DNA from: Pseudobacteriovorax sp.
GTDB lineage: Bacteria > Bdellovibrionota_B > Oligoflexia > Oligoflexales > Oligoflexaceae
Assembly: GCA_050293845.1 (NCBI GenBank)
Contig: JBNKNM010000185.1
Coordinates: 1 to 11,279 of the forward strand
Direction: 5' to 3'
Length of the DNA: 11,279 bases
Positions 8,201-11,279 of this stretch are shown here, in pieces. The translations under genes were made by a program, and so were the position numbers. The notes beneath the pieces were generated by a model. That model did no database searches, was not told the DNA's origin, and saw only the letters and a list, made by a program, of their open reading frames with translations. Position 1 is the first letter of the stretch. The number at the start of each line of letters is the position of its first letter.

Positions 8201-8272
8201 TATGATGGGAAAGGAATTGTTCATAGTTGGAGGTATGCATATCCTGAAGCTAGTTTGGCTCGTGAGATTTAA
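2237..8272 (+). CDS. Secreted RHS/YD-repeat polymorphic-toxin-like protein: SpvB/TcB-like N-terminus, FG-GAP propeller, YD repeats, RHS core, C-terminal putative alpha/beta-hydrolase
   Basis: RBS AGGA (2227-2230); signal peptide MKYYRRILLLLFLNLLLHIEMVELQA. SpvB-like motifs: PQISLDYFS, VGKGWRL, FCIDSKRL, WYLAEQIDRAGNIIKYSY. Seven DxNxDGxxD repeats; many YD repeats (YDSDG, YDKFGN, YDAQGR, YDNLGR, YDLNGN, YDEVDRL). RHS core: TDHIGS...RGFTGH...MKGRIYDPISGRFLSPDP...NRYSYLWNNPLSGADPTGY. Confidence 0.95.
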   Translation: MKYYRRILLLLFLNLLLHIEMVELQANELLPHRVDYSVSVGKFGQLNGTIPLSILDAGNNFQPQISLDYFSGSDLISVVGKGWRLNTSSRIIRCNKTRWIDGENSAVEFDQNLTFCIDSKRLIRIDEESTEESIVFRHLNENFSKIVLKENTFQLFKKNGEILTYGTNDSTRTYGSEGKIFSWYLAEQIDRAGNIIKYSYKKKDENSPVLSKIEYGGNLTFSVEAYRFIEFEYSERLNPIEKYNSTNYTVESLKIDEIKVSDSDGLAWVYKLNYRDMEFSQGFLLSSIALCVKNKCTPPTNIEYQEEKTSFRPKEVEPTYGVDDTRSSPKLGRYIIDANDDGKPDIITVGREILSIEKGDKTGFENPITFSTMLPASWVLTKDIVFFNDINRDGFQDILTTVTQTSRSVSREETGIYVMYGNSNGFSPAVQVSNKLGSNFNIKSASMVMADLDHDLYPEIILFKSEGVYVLKNEDGKKFTEVGAYGIVSSDFSTRNGWDLFKHVKQVLDINNDGNLDIVGFRPDGIFVSLGKDFTFSKPDKWTEDSSETFYNILNDRRTFADMNSDGLLDIVGMGGDGIFVRLNQGSSFGPDQLWLNDFGSSKGWSGQNAERLIVDINADGMMDYIGIRRGLLRIVIGNGGAVNPQKQNSSTIDVTSSEIDQWRKNFSLFPIDVNFDNVLDLNFINPFRGIVSITSSTGHGKVSKISDGFQKSASIYYDNSSETYRVTSRAEYPHKTIPSAGLVVSKIEKETGASEKRVMQFRYKNLTSDLATKNILGFEFYESEDENFIEKTKFDMRLESLTKGNEIEVVKFLKNEDELTKKSLTSKNWKQHEISENPFHVFTYLSEQTVEYFDDDEVHSHTKKITQRTDPFGNQIFQSTKITSDHETLEEIKTQKFEQENLEDWIIGKVTQKTVVKRNSSGSVLSNTTTYQYDSDGFLIEEIKEPKTSLEQKIVYSRVNNPFGHIDSETITWSKEQSFGLDFEYISSSSRYDQRGFVTETINPEGHSVKIEERSKILRLPVLTVDIDGTRTTKTYSEIGRVKTIDIEGKGITKIDLYLSNANAPKLSKTTSKTRYPNGSFLVEYIDAEDQKIGYEKSTLGGKVVFHERRYDKFGNLIKESIPHFRDDEKKWISYVYDNQQRLVEKINSDGSKKLIERRNNLVVITNERGFSESKVYSYVTGRLNSVENAKNQIISFQYDAQGRQIEASYGNSIKIENEYDNLGRKIKTIDPSFGVVSYAYNTLGKPYSTENNLGSKKLHYYDRIGRLIKREHLENGRLVSVDHWKFDASPESIGKLTRKWNSNSYEEYIYNSKGYLKNKLTSIAGRVFSTELFYDSLSRPSKLKLPSGMELEKEYDAFGIHIRTFNPSTNETFWKLLDITPEGKAEKYTTHEGFKTHKVFDDFGRVTSINLLTSKGKNLNSRSYRYDLNGNLEHRKNNITGHTESFEYDEVDRLIASQGGIESVEYQYDDLGNLISRSDVNGPLEYSNPCQNNRPGPYAITSVGERKYCYNSIGQVIKVNNNEVKYGSYAKPTFIGNDKENVRFIYDADGELLFKSEMSENEELSTYLLSGSELTIKDNKEIWQHKTDGGALIEILNGIITNKLLHTDHIGSIIGVYDSSRHLVEAISYSPWGIRASETDLSKSTTSRGFTGHLHLKSLDLIHMKGRIYDPISGRFLSPDPYIQNPYNLQSYNRYSYLWNNPLSGADPTGYFSIKSIVSGVNDFFKNPQKHLLSAVSMGVTFVGFYFGGPMGAAIANGLFTAAVASIHGASFQDSLKIGIITGVLTYYSATSFETFSKGFQTENLLSTAYSKIVNKQKEDFVIKPVMEHISKKTGLSREEINVVLIAFSESANLGENGSRYHAKGSVYNKEMFNHNTILGVSTRGAAYLFHDVADIVLGLQGVLDATGREIRDNNLPFERAHSLGTITAANLLSQGYDPGQSSVDLYAVPIGIGAPKNARVHMNGKDPITAFGLNFIFNPHAEDLNYDGKGIVHSWRYAYPEASLAREI
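3230..4330 (+). repeat. Seven FG-GAP/VCBS-type repeats (predicted 7-bladed beta-propeller) within the RHS gene
   Basis: DANDDGKPD, DINRDGFQD, DLDHDLYPE, DINNDGNLD, DMNSDGLLD, DINADGMMD, DVNFDNVLD, spaced about 50-60 aa apart (first D337, last D673). Confidence 0.85.
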
Positions 8273-8303
8273 GCTCGAAAGGATCACAATCCCCTCTTTT
8301 TAA

Positions 8304-8381
8304 GTCATACTCCTCCTCATGAAGGGGAGCGAGAAACTGATAGATGCAGCTTTTTATCCCACGTAAACAAAAGACGAAGCC
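8304..8381 (+). mobile_element. Possible IS right-end remnant (ISL3-like terminal repeat at 8358-8381)
   Basis: The reverse complement of 8358-8381 is GGCTTCGTCTTTTGTTTACGTGGG (GG...GTGGG, 24 bp). It overlaps a short frame VILLLMKGSEKLIDAAFYPT*, and its outer edge coincides with the point where TnpB similarity ends. Confidence 0.45.
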
Positions 8382-8801
8382 GTTATTGGTTTTAGTGCCA
8401 ATGAACAGCCTGGTAACACCGTCTGCCCATGTTTCGAATCTGAAGACTTCTTTTGTGAGGTGAATGCTGCCACCGTCTGACTTTTTCTTTCTTTTAGGCT
8501 TGCCGCACTCACCTTTTAGAAATTTTTGATAAGTCTGATACCAATTAACTACGGAATTTCTAGGTATTTGGCTGGGGCATTGGCTTAACCAAGGGGATAG
8601 CTGACCGTCTTTATACTGGGAAAATTTTTGGCCTATAGGAGCATAGGTACCGCAAGGCATGTACCTATGGGCATAGCTACCAGGGTATCTATCCTCGTCA
8701 CATTTAGCATTCCAGATGAATCGAGCACAACCCATCCACTGACTTAATACCAGCTTTTGCTGACTCGTCGGATGTGCTTGTAATCTGATACCCATTAACA
8801 T
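8382..8801 (-). pseudogene. tnpB: TnpB (IS200/IS605/IS607 OrfB) N-terminal fragment without RuvC
   Basis: From the ATG at 8801: MLMGIRLQAHPTSQQKLVLSQWMGCARFIWN (HTH_OrfB_IS605 signature), then PWLSQCPSQI.RN....WYQTYQKFLKG.CGKPKRKKK. Similarity stops after FIGTKTNN (about 140 aa). The rest of the called 8250-8879 ORF looks like read-through. Confidence 0.88.
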
Positions 8802-8935
8802 TTGATCTTGCTGTCTAATTCTCACAGGCTCCCTGTAGAGCAGGTGGGTGCCGTTCGTGTCGTTCATATCTTTTGGCATTTATGGTATAAATAAAGGATA
8901 GTAAATCCAATTTTTAAGTTTTACAAGAGTCTCTT

Positions 8936-10177
8936 ATGAGAAAACTTTTTTTTTCGCTATTTGCAATTTTAGCCGGCCTTGGGTTTATCGGGATTGGCAA
9001 TGGTCTACTCAATATCGCGATTCCCTCCAAAGCAACGCAAAATAATTTCGACCCACTCCTGATTGGACTACTTACTACCTTCTACTATATAGGTTTTTCT
9101 GCTGGCTGCTTTGTGACGCCAAGGTATGTGAAGAAGGTGGGGCATATCAGAAGTTTTGCTTGTTTTACAGCATTGTTATGTATCGCCGCTCTTTCCTTTT
9201 CCTACAATAGTTCACCATGGGCTTGGTTTGTTCTGAGAATTATGTCGGGATTTGCCGTCGCAGGGGTTTATATGATCGCTGAATCCTGGCTCAACGAATG
9301 TGCTGATAATAAAAACCGAGGTAGAATTATTTCGCTTTATAGGATTGTGGATCTTGTCTCAATCATGACGGGACAATTATTGCTGGGAAGATTTGAACTT
9401 GGCAGCAATGAAGTCTTTTTGGTCTCAGCAACCTTAATTAACCTGGGACTCATTCCAGTGGCTCTTACTTCTTCACCAGGGCCTCGACCTATAGAAATTG
9501 TCAAAATCAATTTTGAGAGGGTTTTCGAGATCTCCCATATTGGTTTTGTAACATGCGGCTTGGTGGGGGGAGCTAATGCAGCATTTTATGGAATGGCGCC
9601 CCAATTTGCTTTATCAAAAGGACTTTCAACCCAATTAGTCGGAGTTTTTTTGGCGGGGGCAGTCTTAGCTGGAGCTTCGTTTCAAGTGGTGGTGGGGTGG
9701 CTGGCTGATAAAATGGATCGAGAACGACTCCTTTACAGCCTAGCACTCTTGGCCAGTATTGCAGGAGCATGCATGTTTCTAGCTGGGAGTAAAGATGCTA
9801 CGCCAAATGAACTTATCGGACTTTCTTTCTTGTGGGGGGCCTTTGCAATGCCTCTTTATTCGTTAGCTATTGCCATTGCTAACGACCGTGCTGAACCAAA
9901 TGATTTTTTGGAGTTGAGTGGAGGGTTGCTAGTATCATTTAGCATTGGTGCTGTTTTAGGTCCTTTTATCACCCCTCTTTTTATCGAGGCTACGGGCGTT
10001 GCAGGATTATTTTTCTTTACTGCATCGACGCATCTCGTAATGGCTGTTTATGTATTCTATCGCAGACGCTTTGTACTCAGTCCTGTACCAGATAGCGAGC
10101 GAGAAAGTTTTGCATCTGCACCTAGAACAACCCCAGTAGTTTTTGAAATGGACCCTCGGGCTCCGCCCTCCGAGTAG
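8936..10177 (+). CDS. MFS transporter, YcaD-like
   Basis: 413 aa with about 12 hydrophobic segments; MFS loop motifs YVKKVGHIRSFA and GWLADKMDRERLL; ESWLNE...NRGRIISLY; AMPLYSLAIAIANDRA; C-terminal PRTTPV..EMDPR tail typical of this subfamily. Confidence 0.93.
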   Translation: MRKLFFSLFAILAGLGFIGIGNGLLNIAIPSKATQNNFDPLLIGLLTTFYYIGFSAGCFVTPRYVKKVGHIRSFACFTALLCIAALSFSYNSSPWAWFVLRIMSGFAVAGVYMIAESWLNECADNKNRGRIISLYRIVDLVSIMTGQLLLGRFELGSNEVFLVSATLINLGLIPVALTSSPGPRPIEIVKINFERVFEISHIGFVTCGLVGGANAAFYGMAPQFALSKGLSTQLVGVFLAGAVLAGASFQVVVGWLADKMDRERLLYSLALLASIAGACMFLAGSKDATPNELIGLSFLWGAFAMPLYSLAIAIANDRAEPNDFLELSGGLLVSFSIGAVLGPFITPLFIEATGVAGLFFFTASTHLVMAVYVFYRRRFVLSPVPDSERESFASAPRTTPVVFEMDPRAPPSE

Positions 10178-10312
10178 CCTAGTAAGGCAACAAATGAGTG
10201 GGAAGTCACTAGGTTGAGGCTTACATCTACCTTGATTTTGCTCTTTCTGGTACCAAATGCAGAACAATGCCCGCTTTACCGTATCCTGAAAACTAAAAAA
10301 AATACTTCGCTG

Positions 10313-11110
10313 CTATTTTTTCCACCAAGTGAGCGAGTAATTTGTCTCTGCTCTTGCAAATCCAACGGATTCGTAAATCCTCGCAGCGTGATATTCAGGA
10401 TCTGCTTCCATAACAAGAGTTTTGACCCCGTATTCATCAAGGGCGATCTTCCCTGCAGCATGCACGATGGTGCCACAAATACCCTGTCCTCGGTAATCGG
10501 GGTGAGTCCCAACATTTTGATACCGTGCTATGTCTCCTTCAAAAAAAATTCCTAGATCACCGACAAGCTTGCTATCAATGAAGGCTCCAAACCAGTCGCC
10601 TTTTCTAGCCTCAGACATTTTCCTATACTGATTTATCTGACTTCTCTTAAAGTCGTCATAGAAGTCAGCCATAAGCTCTGGATTCGCACACAGAGTTTGT
10701 AGTTTAATGACGGCTTCCCATTCTTCATCAGAGCTGATTTTCCTGATAGAAATATTTTGATTGGGATGAGGAGGCTTCTGAAGATTGTTAGCTGTTAATA
10801 CGACTGCGGACTCAAACTTGAAGCCGTCATCTAGAAACTCTTGTATATATCCTTTAGCAATTTTCTCCGTGTCCCAAGTAAATACGTAGTGTTGTGGCTC
10901 GGAATAACAAGGAAATTCCTTGTCAAATAAGGTTTTCCATTTGCCTAAATCACCTTGTTGGGGAGGTCTATCAAAAATAATGTAATTGCCCCAGAAGTAA
11001 CCGGGATTGTTTGGAGTTTGAATGACAGTATAGCTACCCTTGTTCTGAATAGAACCAGAAAATTGAGCAAAGATAAAATCAGTTAGGCGGCCAAGTGATC
11101 GAATTTTCAC
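10313..11110 (-). CDS. GNAT family N-acetyltransferase (two-domain, C-terminal GNAT)
   Basis: GTG start with RBS AGGAG (11116-11120, minus strand); acetyl-CoA motif A VGTHPDYRGQGICG; motif B AARIYESVGF; N-terminal TPNNPGYFWGNYIIF domain. Confidence 0.93.
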   Translation of the reverse strand: MKIRSLGRLTDFIFAQFSGSIQNKGSYTVIQTPNNPGYFWGNYIIFDRPPQQGDLGKWKTLFDKEFPCYSEPQHYVFTWDTEKIAKGYIQEFLDDGFKFESAVVLTANNLQKPPHPNQNISIRKISSDEEWEAVIKLQTLCANPELMADFYDDFKRSQINQYRKMSEARKGDWFGAFIDSKLVGDLGIFFEGDIARYQNVGTHPDYRGQGICGTIVHAAGKIALDEYGVKTLVMEADPEYHAARIYESVGFARAETNYSLTWWKK

Positions 11111-11279
11111 TTTTTCTCCTCTTTTAGTTTGTATTGAAAAGTGGTACTTCTCGGACTTTTCCTATCATTATTACAGCTATGAAGCAAAGCTTAATTCCCA
11201 AGATTTTTACACTAAATTGCGGATTGCCAATAATAGGGCATCAGAAAAATAGGTTACCATAACCATTTAAATCTAAGCT

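Noticed and set aside
8802..8879. 26-aa N-terminal extension of the called TnpB ORF
   Set aside because: TnpB similarity begins at the ATG at 8801; the extension runs through probable element-end DNA.
8273..8880. Possible Cas12f/CRISPR or functional TnpB-omegaRNA system
   Set aside because: No repeat-spacer array seen in the window, no RuvC domain and no recognisable right-end scaffold.
8883..8891. TGGTATAAA as an extended -10 for the MFS gene
   Set aside because: Lacks the conserved final T, has no matching -35, and lies in AT-rich DNA; too weak to call.
10177..10214. Short inverted repeats (GCCT/AGGC; CCTAGT/ACTAGG) between the convergent MFS and GNAT genes
   Set aside because: Stems are short or the loop is long, and there is no adjacent U-tract; not supportable as a terminator.
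9573..10555. Short ORFs 9573-9770, 10007-10267, 10214-10555 and 10276-10515
   Set aside because: They overlap the MFS or GNAT genes in other frames or strands and show no motifs.
8936..11110. MFS and GNAT as resistance or immunity partners of the RHS toxin
   Set aside because: Both are widespread stand-alone families, separated from the RHS gene by IS debris and convergent with each other; nothing in the sequence links them to it.

Overview
AT-rich bacterial window with a likely accessory island next to a tRNA-Arg(UCG) gene (243-319). After the tRNA comes a C-terminal ISL3 transposase remnant (minus strand). Next is a two-gene plus-strand unit behind a strong extended -10 promoter. The first gene encodes a secreted 408-aa protein with 24 cysteines in six 4-Cys modules. 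The second encodes a 2011-aa signal-peptide-bearing RHS/YD protein: SpvB/TcB-like N-terminus, seven-bladed FG-GAP propeller resembling Psathyrella velutina lectin (PVL) repeats, YD shell, intact RHS autoprotease core, and a 298-aa tip. The tip has hydrophobic helices and an apparent Ser-Asp-His alpha/beta-hydrolase (AHSLG). No downstream immunity gene is present. Instead there is an IS-end-like sequence and an N-terminal TnpB fragment lacking RuvC. The window ends with a YcaD-like MFS transporter and a convergent GNAT acetyltransferase. All family calls come from motif recognition by eye; no searches were run.
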